From an uncultured Spirochaetota bacterium (GTDB lineage Bacteria; Spirochaetota; B62-G9; DRHN01), in NCBI GenBank assembly GCA_964460545.1, contig CAYWUT010000001.1, forward strand, positions 21,320 through 85,319: a stretch of DNA of 64,000 nt, read 5' to 3'. Under the pieces are notes generated by a model. The model saw only the letters and a list, made by a program, of their open reading frames with translations. It had not been told where the DNA came from and did not search any database. Shown piece by piece: positions 1 through 9,051 of this stretch; the stretch's first letter is position 1, and each line of letters starts with the position of its first letter. Both the position numbers and the translations under genes were made by a program.

Positions 1-1654
1 CCATTCTGCCCGCGGTGCTCAACGGGATTCCCTTCGCTCGAAGGACATGCTCGACCATCGCTATCTCCGCATTCGTCCTGCAGAGAACGGCCATGTCCTC
101 GTACCCAACGCCGCTTCTCCCCATCTCCTCTACACGGGAGGCGAGCGCGTCGAGGCTTGCATCCCTGGATTCGGTACCTTCCAGGAAGACGTATCCCCTT
201 TTTGCTTTCCCGGCGGCGTCCGCGGGCAGTGATTGCGGGTTATACACGTAACCCGGGCCGAGGTTATTCCCGATTGACTCGAAGACCTCGTTCACGAACG
301 CGAGGAGAATCCCGTTCTGCCTGTATGAATGGGGAAGCCTCGCCTCGCCGATTCCGAGCTCCCTTCTCACCGCATTGAAAAGACCGGGCTCGCCGCCGCG
401 CCAGCGGTAGATGGACTGTTTCCTGTCGCCCACATAAAACACGGTACCGCCCGACCCGAGGCAGGAGACCGCAATGGGTCTGAGCCCCTCCCACTGCAGA
501 ACCGAGGTGTCCTGAAACTCATCGATGAGCACATGAGTGATGGTTCCCCCGAGCCTGAAGAAAAGCGTATCGAGCGATTCCATCTCCTTTATGAGACTGC
601 AGGCCGTCCGCTCCATATCGTGAAAGTCGACCGCATGCATCCGTTTTTTCAGGAGACTGTAGTGGCGTTCGATGCGGGTGTATATTTCATTCCACAGCTC
701 CATGGAGGAGCGCATTGCAGCCGTCTGATAATTCTCAAGGGCCGACCTGATCTCAACGAAGAGATCCATGAACCGGTCCGCATCCACGGCCGGGAGATCC
801 CTGTAAAACTTTTGCAGGTAATTCTTCAGGCCTTTTTCTCCGAAATCAGCGAACTGCCGCGCTTCGACAAGGATGGACGGCCTGCCCGTCTCAACGAACT
901 CGCGAACCGTTTCTCTGAATTTTGCAATAGAGACGTTTTCTGATTTCTCGAGCATCCCCTCCAGCCCGGCTGCCTTTTTTCTCATCGCTTCAGACCTGAG
1001 GCGGCGGTCGGCCTCCCTGAAATCCCCGTCATATGAAAATGTCTCCGGGTTCAGAACCACGCTGTCCGAGACGCTGCGCAGGGTGCCGTATATATCAGCC
1101 AGTGTTCCGGCAGCGTCCAGTTTTCGCTCCTTGTAGTGTTCCATGAAATGAACAACCCGTTCAAAAAACCGCCCGTCCCGCTCCAGGTCCTCGAAAAAGT
1201 TTTCCATTGCGTCCCGCAGGAGCACATCCCTGCCGCCGCCCTCCTCGAGCACGGTACAGTCCATCAATCCTGTTTTTCCCGGGAATGCGCGTACGATGCG
1301 CCCGAAGAAGGCATGTATGGTGGAAATATGAATGAAGGAAAAACGGCGAATGAGCAGGCGTTTAATCTCCCCGGCCCTTTCCACAAGGACATCGGGCTCC
1401 ATGGACGTGATCGGGGAAAACATGCGTATTTCGTCATCGTCCCTTTTCTCAAGCGCTGTAATTCTATCGAAGAGCCGCTGCCGTATCTCGTTCGCCGCCC
1501 GCTTGGTAAAGGTGATGGCGAGGATCTCGCCCGGACGGGCCCCGTTCAGGAGCAGGGAGATGAGGCGCGTCGTCAGTGCGTGGGTCTTGCCGCTTCCCGC
1601 GGACGAGCTGAGCGCGAGTGAGCGGTCCGGTCCGTATATTCCCCAGTCCGTCAT
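1..1654 (-). CDS. UvrD/AddA-type ATP-dependent DNA helicase (N-terminal ~550 aa; C-terminus beyond window start)
   Basis: Manual translation of the reverse strand from ATG at 1654..1652 gives MTDWGIYGPDRSLALSSSAGSGKTHALTTRLISLLLNGARPGEILAITFTKRAANE..., with Walker A (GSGKT) and helicase motif Ia (TFT). It is missing from the ORF track because it runs off the window edge. Its ATG overlaps the stop of the upstream nuclease gene (ATGA). Confidence 0.7.
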   Translation of the reverse strand, partial: MTDWGIYGPDRSLALSSSAGSGKTHALTTRLISLLLNGARPGEILAITFTKRAANEIRQRLFDRITALEKRDDDEIRMFSPITSMEPDVLVERAGEIKRLLIRRFSFIHISTIHAFFGRIVRAFPGKTGLMDCTVLEEGGGRDVLLRDAMENFFEDLERDGRFFERVVHFMEHYKERKLDAAGTLADIYGTLRSVSDSVVLNPETFSYDGDFREADRRLRSEAMRKKAAGLEGMLEKSENVSIAKFRETVREFVETGRPSILVEARQFADFGEKGLKNYLQKFYRDLPAVDADRFMDLFVEIRSALENYQTAAMRSSMELWNEIYTRIERHYSLLKKRMHAVDFHDMERTACSLIKEMESLDTLFFRLGGTITHVLIDEFQDTSVLQWEGLRPIAVSCLGSGGTVFYVGDRKQSIYRWRGGEPGLFNAVRRELGIGEARLPHSYRQNGILLAFVNEVFESIGNNLGPGYVYNPQSLPADAAGKAKRGYVFLEGTESRDASLDALASRVEEMGRSGVGYEDMAVLCRTNAEIAMVEHVLRAKGIPLSTAGRM

Positions 1655-4161
1655 GGTTCGAGTATCCTGCATATGTCATGATAAGGGCAATATCTGCATG
1701 TTTCGGGATCGTCCGCCAGGGAGAGCGTCTCCCTGGCATTGAAATCGTCCAGGATGTCCAAAAGATGTCCTTCGAACTCACCCATATAGGCTTCAATCAT
1801 GTCGGAACCGACAATATCGACGTATCGGGACCCGTTAAAGTCGTAGTAGCAGAGCTGTTCCAGCCGGAGGCCGGGAAAGCTCCGCTGAAAGAGCAGCCCG
1901 TAGAAACCGAGCTGGATACTCCGGAAGTCCTTCTGACCGGTGTGGTCCTTCTTCCCGGGCAGCGAGCCCGTCTTGTAGTCTATGACGGCATGTCCCCCGT
2001 CGGGCGTCCGATCAATCCTGTCTATTCTTCCGCTCAGGGTATACCGGCCGAGGGTACAGGAGAAAGGCTTTTCAATGAAATCCCGGCATATCCGGTACCC
2101 CCCCGAGAAACGCACCTTGTCCCTGTCGAGCAGGCCGATCAGCCTGTTCCGCACGAACCTCCGCGTCAGCCCCTCCTCGCGGGTGAAGAAAAAGCCCTTC
2201 GGGAAGCGGGAGTCCAGTATCCGCAGCAGATTTTCCCGCAGATCATCCCCCGAAGCATCTTCCGTCCAAACGTCCCGGTAAAAGGCCGACAGCACGTCAT
2301 GCACGATTTGCCCCACTGCACGCAGCTCTATGGTTCGGTCGAGTCCGGACGGCTCCCGTATTCCGAGCACTCTTCTGATGTAATACCGGGTCTCGCACTC
2401 CTTTATACGCTTTACGTCCATTCTGGAAAAATCCGTGATTTCCCTCTTCATTCGCGGGGGATCCGGGGGTTCAGGCGGGCCCCCGGGCTCCGAGGCCGGG
2501 ACCGGCAGTGTGTATTCCCTCCGCGAAATCCTTTTCACATCGCCGAGGGCGTAAAAAAACCTGCTCCGTGTTCCGTCACCTCCCTCGGGATCATCGATCG
2601 TCAGAAAGCTCGTTCTCCGCGACCCGTCCGCGAGACGCTTCAGGTAATAGAACTCGAGTTCCTCGCGCTGGGCGGGGCCCGCAAGTCCGAGCTCCCGCCT
2701 TACCGCCGGTGGGAGAAAGTCAGTCCCGCTTCGAACCGGGAAAAACCCCTCGTTGAACGAGGGGACGATCACCCGCCTGAACCCGATCCCCCGGGTCTCG
2801 AGCAGTCCCAGTATCTGAACACCCTCTGTGTAATCTCCGAGGAGCGGGTATCGGGTCGCAGCCGCGGACGAAAGCCACATCTCCCAGGGCTTCTGGCCCA
2901 TCTCCTCCTGCAGATCTTCCAGCTCGATCGCCGTTTCTATGAGAAGGTCCCGCACCTTGTGAAAAGCGTAGGGCCTTCTTTCCTTGAAGCGGAAGAGGAA
3001 CAGCTCGAGTCCCCTGACGAAGTCCCCCATGGTCTTCGAACCGTACAGCGTCAGCATCTCCTTGAAAACTCGGGCGCCCTCTCCGAGCGCGCGTATGTAT
3101 TTCGATTCGATCGAAGGGAACCTGAAGACCCGGTCCTTCTCGATGAGAGCCCTTATAATCCCGGATTCGCCCGTGTCCGCGAGCTGGAGGAAAATATCGT
3201 CGTTCAGTATCTGCAGAAAGGGCGCCGTGTCGTACCGGGATTTGAAAAAACGGTCCATGCATGAAAAAAAACGGAAGAGTGGGGCTCCCGCGACCCTCAA
3301 TCCTCCGGAATAGTTCACCATCACGCCGTGATCCGCGAGCGATTCGCGGAGCATGGAGCTGAAATCCGAATCGAGGTTGACAACCGCTATTTCATGGGGA
3401 GGGGTACCGGCGTCCATCTCTTCCATGATCAGGGAAAGGATGAATGCGAGCTGCTCGGCCCGGGAACCCGTTTCCGCGAAATCCGTTACCGGACCGCCGC
3501 CCGTTACGGGCGCGGTGCCGGCCCGGAAGGTCATGACCGGCGAAAAATCATATCCGGCCGTGTCCTGGTAGATGACCGTCAGTCTCTCCTCTAACCGGTC
3601 GAAAATCCGCTTCTCGAAGCGTGTGAGAGAACCGGGGGAGACGAGCACGACCGACTCCCAGGATTTGAAAAACCGGTCGATAAGACCGCCGTCTATGCGG
3701 GAGAGCTGCAGGTCCATATCATAGACCGATGCATTCACCTGTTCGTCCATGTAGCGGACGTAAAGCCGGGACAGGAGCGCAATGTACTCCCGTACGGCAC
3801 TTCCTCCGCGAACGGACCTCTTTTCCGTCAGCTCGCACTCCTCCCCCGCGATCTCTCTGAATGCTCCGAGCAGGCCGAAACCGATACCTGCAAACGTGGA
3901 ATACGCGTTCAGCGCGTCATGCGGGAAAAGGACATCGAGCCCTTCCATTTTTCTGCACGCGCGCAGAAGCATGGACAGTTTTTCCATTCCGGCGGCGGGC
4001 TTTCGGCCGGTTGAAGCGGATAGGGACCGGACGAGCGTTTCCATGGTCATAAGAGCGGGTGCGTACGCTTCCCGCTCGCCCAGCTCTGAAAGGAGGCGGG
4101 AACCGAGGAATGTCTTGAACCGCTGCGTCGGCACCACCACGACCGTTCTTTCGGTTTTCAT
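1651..4161 (-). CDS. AddB/RexB-like PD-(D/E)XK nuclease subunit of helicase-nuclease complex
   Basis: The 910-aa ORF 1651..4383 has a RecB-type nuclease motif (GRIDRIDRTPDG..IDYKTG) and a C-terminal Cys cluster (ETCRYCPYHDIC) typical of the AddB Fe-S domain. The probable real start is the internal MKTERTVVVVPTQRF (~4161). It is coupled to the helicase gene by a 4-bp overlap. Confidence 0.6.
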   Translation of the reverse strand: MKTERTVVVVPTQRFKTFLGSRLLSELGEREAYAPALMTMETLVRSLSASTGRKPAAGMEKLSMLLRACRKMEGLDVLFPHDALNAYSTFAGIGFGLLGAFREIAGEECELTEKRSVRGGSAVREYIALLSRLYVRYMDEQVNASVYDMDLQLSRIDGGLIDRFFKSWESVVLVSPGSLTRFEKRIFDRLEERLTVIYQDTAGYDFSPVMTFRAGTAPVTGGGPVTDFAETGSRAEQLAFILSLIMEEMDAGTPPHEIAVVNLDSDFSSMLRESLADHGVMVNYSGGLRVAGAPLFRFFSCMDRFFKSRYDTAPFLQILNDDIFLQLADTGESGIIRALIEKDRVFRFPSIESKYIRALGEGARVFKEMLTLYGSKTMGDFVRGLELFLFRFKERRPYAFHKVRDLLIETAIELEDLQEEMGQKPWEMWLSSAAATRYPLLGDYTEGVQILGLLETRGIGFRRVIVPSFNEGFFPVRSGTDFLPPAVRRELGLAGPAQREELEFYYLKRLADGSRRTSFLTIDDPEGGDGTRSRFFYALGDVKRISRREYTLPVPASEPGGPPEPPDPPRMKREITDFSRMDVKRIKECETRYYIRRVLGIREPSGLDRTIELRAVGQIVHDVLSAFYRDVWTEDASGDDLRENLLRILDSRFPKGFFFTREEGLTRRFVRNRLIGLLDRDKVRFSGGYRICRDFIEKPFSCTLGRYTLSGRIDRIDRTPDGGHAVIDYKTGSLPGKKDHTGQKDFRSIQLGFYGLLFQRSFPGLRLEQLCYYDFNGSRYVDIVGSDMIEAYMGEFEGHLLDILDDFNARETLSLADDPETCRYCPYHDICRILEP

Positions 4162-4223
4162 GGACGATATATGCCGGGCCGTTTCGAGCGCCGGATCATC
4201 TGAAAAGGACAGCGTTACAAGGT

Positions 4224-5168
4224 TCACACTTTTTCCCGGAAAGAAGGCATTACGTATTTCTCGACATACCCCTTTACGAAACCGGATGAGAGGGAAAGCC
4301 AGGAACAGGTAAGACCGGCCAGGGGCTCGGACAGCGCAAGACCCGCGGCCTCGGCCGCACCGATCTTGAAGAGCCGCCTGCACTCAGCTGAGGGCCATAT
4401 CTTCTCGAGCTCCCCGAACAGGGGATAGAAGAGGCGGCGCGCCTTCAGGGACTGCCGGCGCAGATCACGGACCAGATCATTAATGACCAGCGGCTTCGCC
4501 TCCTCGATCGCCCCGATAAACCGCTGCTCTCCGTGCCAGAGAGCCCAGCCGACCATACGCTCGTAGTTCAGGTGATAATTCGATACGACCGTCTGCAGGG
4601 TTCCGGGGTACGGGAGATTCCTCAAAAAAAATCCCTCCGTAAAGGGCTTCTGATGAACCGGAGTCAAGCAGTCCTCCATGTAATGAAGGGCCCGTGCCGC
4701 AAACCGAAGGGTCCAGTAATCGTCTCCTTCCCTTTTAACCCGCTGTGCCGCTCCGTGATAGTAGCGGGCCCGCTCCGCGACACATCCCGCTTTAATCGAA
4801 AACAGATGGAAATCCAGGTGCCTGTATCCCTGGCTTCCTCCGGTCAGCCCCTGAAAAGCCGAGAGGGATAACCCTGAGTCCATTCCCCAGTCGGGCTCGG
4901 CCGAGTAGAGCGCCAGGACCTCCAGCGCATCAACCTCGCCTCCCGTCGGGGCGCTATAACGCACGTAGTCGCCGTAATACTCGTTCTCATCGTACTGTTC
5001 GTTCCGGGAGTCGACGGTCGGTCTTCCGCCCTCTCTCATCTGTGGAACGTAATCCGGATTGAGCGGCTCGGTATCGGCGTTTTTATTAGTAAAATCCGTG
5101 ATGCGCACCCGTGCTCGAAGACCGCATGTACGCGCGGCACTGTATGTCAGGACATCGTGGCCTATCAT
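4224..5168 (-). CDS. zinc-dependent phospholipase C / S1-P1 nuclease superfamily protein
   Basis: The motif ARALHYMEDCLTPVHQKPF matches the Zn-binding H-Y-x-x-D-x-x-x-P-x-H signature of bacterial Zn-PLC (alpha-toxin AMHYFGDIDTPYHP) and P1 nuclease. A 4-bp overlap (ATGA) joins it to the upstream TPR gene. Confidence 0.45.
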   Translation of the reverse strand: MIGHDVLTYSAARTCGLRARVRITDFTNKNADTEPLNPDYVPQMREGGRPTVDSRNEQYDENEYYGDYVRYSAPTGGEVDALEVLALYSAEPDWGMDSGLSLSAFQGLTGGSQGYRHLDFHLFSIKAGCVAERARYYHGAAQRVKREGDDYWTLRFAARALHYMEDCLTPVHQKPFTEGFFLRNLPYPGTLQTVVSNYHLNYERMVGWALWHGEQRFIGAIEEAKPLVINDLVRDLRRQSLKARRLFYPLFGELEKIWPSAECRRLFKIGAAEAAGLALSEPLAGLTCSWLSLSSGFVKGYVEKYVMPSFREKV

Positions 5169-6058
5169 TGGACGGCGGATCCCCTTCGGTCCCCTATGAC
5201 GTCGAGCGGGGGTGCGGGGATGAGATCGAGCATGGCGTTTCGCATCTCGACGGCGGTAACCGCGTTGCGCTGCAGGGCCGCGTTCACGCCGCCGTATATA
5301 TTCGCCCCGTAAGCCGTCACTCCGATCACGATGAAGAGCGCCGCGAGTACGGGAATACCGAGTACGACCGAGAGAACCGCCGCTCCGGCCAGTCCGCCGT
5401 TTATGAAAAAACTCCGAATCCCGTCCATGGTCCTGCCCGCATAGATATGACCCATTCCCGGGACGACCGAGAGGATCCCCGCAACGGCCGGATGTTTTTG
5501 ACTCGTCTCCGACGCCCGGATGAGCAGCACCTCCAGTTCCGGCACGAAACCGTCATTCATCCGCGCGTCTTCAATGAACTGCAGAGCACCCTCCCAGTCG
5601 AATTCTTCTATGAGCAGAGCGGTCCGCATCGCATCCATATATCCTCCGAGAACGGGGCCGGGCTCGGGGTATTCGGCGAAAAAACGATCGCGGGCCAGGA
5701 GAAAATCATTCGTATGCTTCTGTCTGAAAAAGATGTTTGCGATCTGAAAGAGGGACATCCTCCGTAAATCTTTATCATTACCGCTTTCATAAAGAAGCGT
5801 CTCGAGCTTCATGAGCCCGGAAACCGCCTCCCTGTATCTCCCCGATTGTACATCGGCCATCGCGCCGTAATACCGCGCGCGGTCGGCGAACCCGTGGTCC
5901 GGGTTCACATAAACGAAACGTTCGAATTCGACCGCAGCGGCTTCAAACCTCCCGGACCGGAAGAGAATGAGGGCGAATGACGGGTCGGTCTGGCCCAACG
6001 CCGTTATCCGGACGAGGAAGCAGAGGAGCGCGAGGGCAGTTGTCTTCCGGAGTATCAT
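5165..6058 (-). CDS. TPR-repeat protein with N-terminal signal peptide and C-terminal transmembrane segments
   Basis: N-terminal hydrophobic signal (ALALLCFLVRITALG), TPR-like AxxYY helical repeats, and a C-terminal stretch of hydrophobic helices (GLAGAAVLSVVLGIPVLAALFIVIGVTAYG). A 4-bp overlap joins it to yidD. Confidence 0.45.
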   Translation of the reverse strand: MILRKTTALALLCFLVRITALGQTDPSFALILFRSGRFEAAAVEFERFVYVNPDHGFADRARYYGAMADVQSGRYREAVSGLMKLETLLYESGNDKDLRRMSLFQIANIFFRQKHTNDFLLARDRFFAEYPEPGPVLGGYMDAMRTALLIEEFDWEGALQFIEDARMNDGFVPELEVLLIRASETSQKHPAVAGILSVVPGMGHIYAGRTMDGIRSFFINGGLAGAAVLSVVLGIPVLAALFIVIGVTAYGANIYGGVNAALQRNAVTAVEMRNAMLDLIPAPPLDVIGDRRGSAVQ

Positions 6059-6441
6059 CTGCAGTAATCAACCGGTCTGAAGATAAAATTATGATTGACG
6101 GGATCCCGGTATCTTCCGGTTCCCGGGTCCTCCTCGTAGTGTACGGTCGACCGGGCGTTCTCCCTGTAAAGCATCCGGTCCGCGGTCATGAGCACCGCCC
6201 AGAAAAGACCGTGCATACGGGCGGCTTCGGAAAAAAATTCGGAGCAGGTGGGATAAAACATACACCTTCCCCCGTCATGAACGGAGATACGATCCCTGTA
6301 AAATCGGACAAGGGGCTGCACCGGGAGGACGGTCCCCGTCGTTTCACCGTGTCCCAGAGCGTTCCTGCAGCTCTCGTCCGTCCAGCCGTAAACGGACGCA
6401 CAGGAAAACAGGAAAATGAACCCGAGCGCGAACAGCCTCAT
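6055..6441 (-). CDS. yidD: membrane protein insertion efficiency factor YidD (DUF37)
   Basis: Carries the family signature CRFYPTCSEY-like motif (GRCMFYPTCSEFFSEA). Start taken at MRLFALGFIFLF, a signal-like N-terminus. Confidence 0.6.
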   Translation of the reverse strand: MRLFALGFIFLFSCASVYGWTDESCRNALGHGETTGTVLPVQPLVRFYRDRISVHDGGRCMFYPTCSEFFSEAARMHGLFWAVLMTADRMLYRENARSTVHYEEDPGTGRYRDPVNHNFIFRPVDYCR

Positions 6442-6569
6442 ATCCGGTATGGTAGTATCCGCACCGGTAAAAATCAACAAACTTATTGAACACCGGCGCA
6501 CGGGAGCAGTATAATGCAGGTAACGGATATCAGGGACATCCACCGCACGTTCGAAAACGGAGTCTGAAC

Positions 6570-7196
6570 ATGGACAGGGACATGCTCTTTCAAAAATACG
6601 GACAGGTTGTTGAACCGGGACGGATCATATTCAAGGAAGGTGAGCCGGGAGAAACGATGTGCATCATACAGAAAGGCCGGGTAAAGATAACAAAACGCGT
6701 CGGCCAGATCGAGAAAATCCTCATGATTCTGAATAAGGGCGACTTCTTCGGTGAGATGGCCATCATTACCCAGACGCCGAGAACGGCTACCGCATCCGCG
6801 ATAGACACATGCGAGCTCCTGATGTTCAACCGCCAGGGTTTCACGAGCATGATAAGCAAGAACACGAATATTGCGATGAACATCATCGAAAAGCTCTGTC
6901 TGCGCCTCGAAAAGGCGGACAACCAGATACGCGACCTCGCGAAACGGGACATCAAGTCTCTCGTTATCAGCGCTCTCAATGATTTCAGGAAATCAACAAA
7001 AACCGGAGAAAGGGACACCGTCCTCTACGGTGAGTCCGTCAGGCACATCGCGGAACAGACCTCATCGACCGCGGAGGAGGTCGAAACCCAGTTAAAACGC
7101 CTCATCGAGTCAGGCCTCCTTTCAATGCATGAGAACACGCTTCACATCGTCAAACCGGGTGAACTCGACGTGCTTGCAGGGTACCTGGAGAAGTAG
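6570..7196 (+). CDS. cyclic-nucleotide-binding domain protein (Crp/Fnr-like regulator)
   Basis: cNMP-binding beta-roll motifs (IFKEGEPGETMCIIQKGRVKI ... GDFFGEMAI). Start taken at MDRDMLF (ATG 6570). Confidence 0.55.
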   Translation: MDRDMLFQKYGQVVEPGRIIFKEGEPGETMCIIQKGRVKITKRVGQIEKILMILNKGDFFGEMAIITQTPRTATASAIDTCELLMFNRQGFTSMISKNTNIAMNIIEKLCLRLEKADNQIRDLAKRDIKSLVISALNDFRKSTKTGERDTVLYGESVRHIAEQTSSTAEEVETQLKRLIESGLLSMHENTLHIVKPGELDVLAGYLEK

Positions 7197-7204
7197 GAAA
7201 CCTC

Positions 7205-7708
7205 ATGGACCGCTGCCTCATATGCCGGGAAATGAATGAGAGAGACCTCGATGATGTCATGCGCATCGAGAGGGCGGTTTTCAAGCGCCCCTGGACCGAG
7301 GAGTTCTTCAGGCTGATACTCTCGGATATGAACAATTATATCATTACGCTGAGAGATCGCGATCTCATCGGGTACGGCGGCTATCATCTCCTGAAAAACA
7401 GCTCGAATTTTCTTCATATACAAAAAACCTATCCGAGAATCATCCACCTCATCAGCATCGCCATCAACCCCGGCTTTCAGCACAGGGGTTTCGGCACCAT
7501 GCTCATGAATATGCTCATGAATGATGCGCTGTCGAAGAAAGCCGGATACTGCTACCTCGAAGTTCGTCCCTCGAACATGAGAGCACTCTCCTTCTACCAG
7601 TCCCGGTCCTTTTCCATTATCGGCTTCATAGAGAATTACTACGCGCAGGAGCACGAAAACGCCTATGTCATGGGGAAGGAGATTACTCCCAGGCTGAACC
7701 GGTTATAA
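7205..7708 (+). CDS. GNAT family N-acetyltransferase (RimI-like)
   Basis: GNAT acetyl-CoA motif (IAINPGFQHRGFGTMLM) and a RimI-like length of 167 aa. Confidence 0.6.
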   Translation: MDRCLICREMNERDLDDVMRIERAVFKRPWTEEFFRLILSDMNNYIITLRDRDLIGYGGYHLLKNSSNFLHIQKTYPRIIHLISIAINPGFQHRGFGTMLMNMLMNDALSKKAGYCYLEVRPSNMRALSFYQSRSFSIIGFIENYYAQEHENAYVMGKEITPRLNRL

Positions 7709-7911
7709 TCGGCCGCTTGAATTCGCCACCCCATTCACCGTTATACCCGTAATGACGCCTCGATCATTCAGCCCCGTTCGCGGGCGCGGCTGCGGGCGCG
7801 AATGGCGTCCAGTGAATTTCAACCTGTGTGGTATGAATGACGAGATGGAAGGTCCCCGCGGTCAAACCGGCCGGCGGTCATGGATCGCCGGCCGTCTTCA
7901 TGCGGATAAGC

Positions 7912-8958
7912 TCAGGCAACCGTGACCGTTTTATCGAGATACACGTCCTGTATGGTATTGAGGAGCTTGACACCCTCCTCCATGGGACGCTGGAAAGCCT
8001 TCCTGCCTGAGATGAGTCCCGTGCCGCCGGCACGTTTGTTGATAACTGCCGTCCGAACCGCCTGTGCGAAGTCGTTTTCTCCGGAAGCGCCGCCTGAATT
8101 GATCATACCTGCCCTGCCCATATAACAGCCCATGACCTGGTAACGTGTCAGGTCTATGGGATGGTCGGACGTGAGATCGGAATAGATAAGCTTATGGGTC
8201 TTGCCGAACTTGAGGGCATTGAATCCCCCGTTGCACTCCGCCTGTTTCTGCTTGACGATATCGGCCTCGATGGTGGCGCCGAGATGGTTCGCCTGGTTCG
8301 AAAGATCGGAAGCGAGGTGATAATCCGTCCCCTCGTGCTTGAAAGCATTGTTTCTCAAATAGGCCCAGAGAACGGTAAACATTCCGAGACTGTGCGCATA
8401 CTCGAACGCCTCGGTGATCTCGACGATCTGCCTGCTCGATTCCTCGGAGCCGAAGTAGACCGTGGCGCCGACGGCAACAGCACCCATGTTGAATGCCTGG
8501 TCCACGCTCGCGAAGAGAACCTGGTCGAACTTGTTCGGATAGGTCAGAAGCTCGTTGTGATTGATCTTCACGATAAACGGAATCTTAAACGCGTATTTCC
8601 GCGCCACTGAACCGAGCACCCCCAGTGTCGAGGCGACCGCATTGCATCCCCCCTCAACCGCGAGCTTTACGATGTTTTCAGGATCAAAATAGATCGGATT
8701 CGGTGCGAATGCGCTGCCGGCCGAATGTTCGATACCCTGGTCAACGGGCAGTATAGAGAGATACCCGGTTCCTGCCAGACGACCGTGGCTGAATACGGTC
8801 TGCATATTTCTCAGTACATTGGCCGACCTGTCCGTGTGGACCATAACACGCTCTATGAAATCCGGTCCCGGAAGGTGCAGTAAATCCTTCGATACCATGC
8901 ACTTGTGTTCGAGTAGGTTTTTAGCTTCATCTCCAAGTAGTTGTGAAACTGAACTCAT
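7912..8958 (-). CDS. fbaB: class I fructose-bisphosphate aldolase (DhnA/FbaB type)
   Basis: Near full-length colinear similarity to E. coli FbaB (QLLG..A.NLL.H.CM ... LRNMQT...[22 protein letters not shown] ... [16 protein letters not shown] ... [16 protein letters not shown]) and the same ~348 aa length. Confidence 0.9.
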   Translation of the reverse strand: MSSVSQLLGDEAKNLLEHKCMVSKDLLHLPGPDFIERVMVHTDRSANVLRNMQTVFSHGRLAGTGYLSILPVDQGIEHSAGSAFAPNPIYFDPENIVKLAVEGGCNAVASTLGVLGSVARKYAFKIPFIVKINHNELLTYPNKFDQVLFASVDQAFNMGAVAVGATVYFGSEESSRQIVEITEAFEYAHSLGMFTVLWAYLRNNAFKHEGTDYHLASDLSNQANHLGATIEADIVKQKQAECNGGFNALKFGKTHKLIYSDLTSDHPIDLTRYQVMGCYMGRAGMINSGGASGENDFAQAVRTAVINKRAGGTGLISGRKAFQRPMEEGVKLLNTIQDVYLDKTVTVA

Positions 8959-9051
8959 TTCCTCCTCCTCGGCGAGTATTTTTTTACAATATACTAATAA
9001 TTGTCCTGAAAAACAGAAATTGTTTGTAAAACATCATGTCCGGCCGCTTTT

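Noticed and set aside
329-1742. Plus-strand ORFs 329..943 (204 aa), 1136..1621 (161 aa) and 1332..1742 (136 aa)
   Set aside because: They are antisense to, or in another frame of, the clearly motif-bearing minus-strand UvrD/AddA-like helicase (GSGKT, TFT). They are Arg/Pro-rich with no motifs, typical of high-GC shadow ORFs.
1618-3264. 548-aa plus-strand ORF and the 180-aa minus ORF 2720..3262
   Set aside because: They overlap the AddB-like nuclease gene in the antisense or alternative frame. Composition is low-complexity Arg/Gly/Pro-rich, and there are no conserved motifs.
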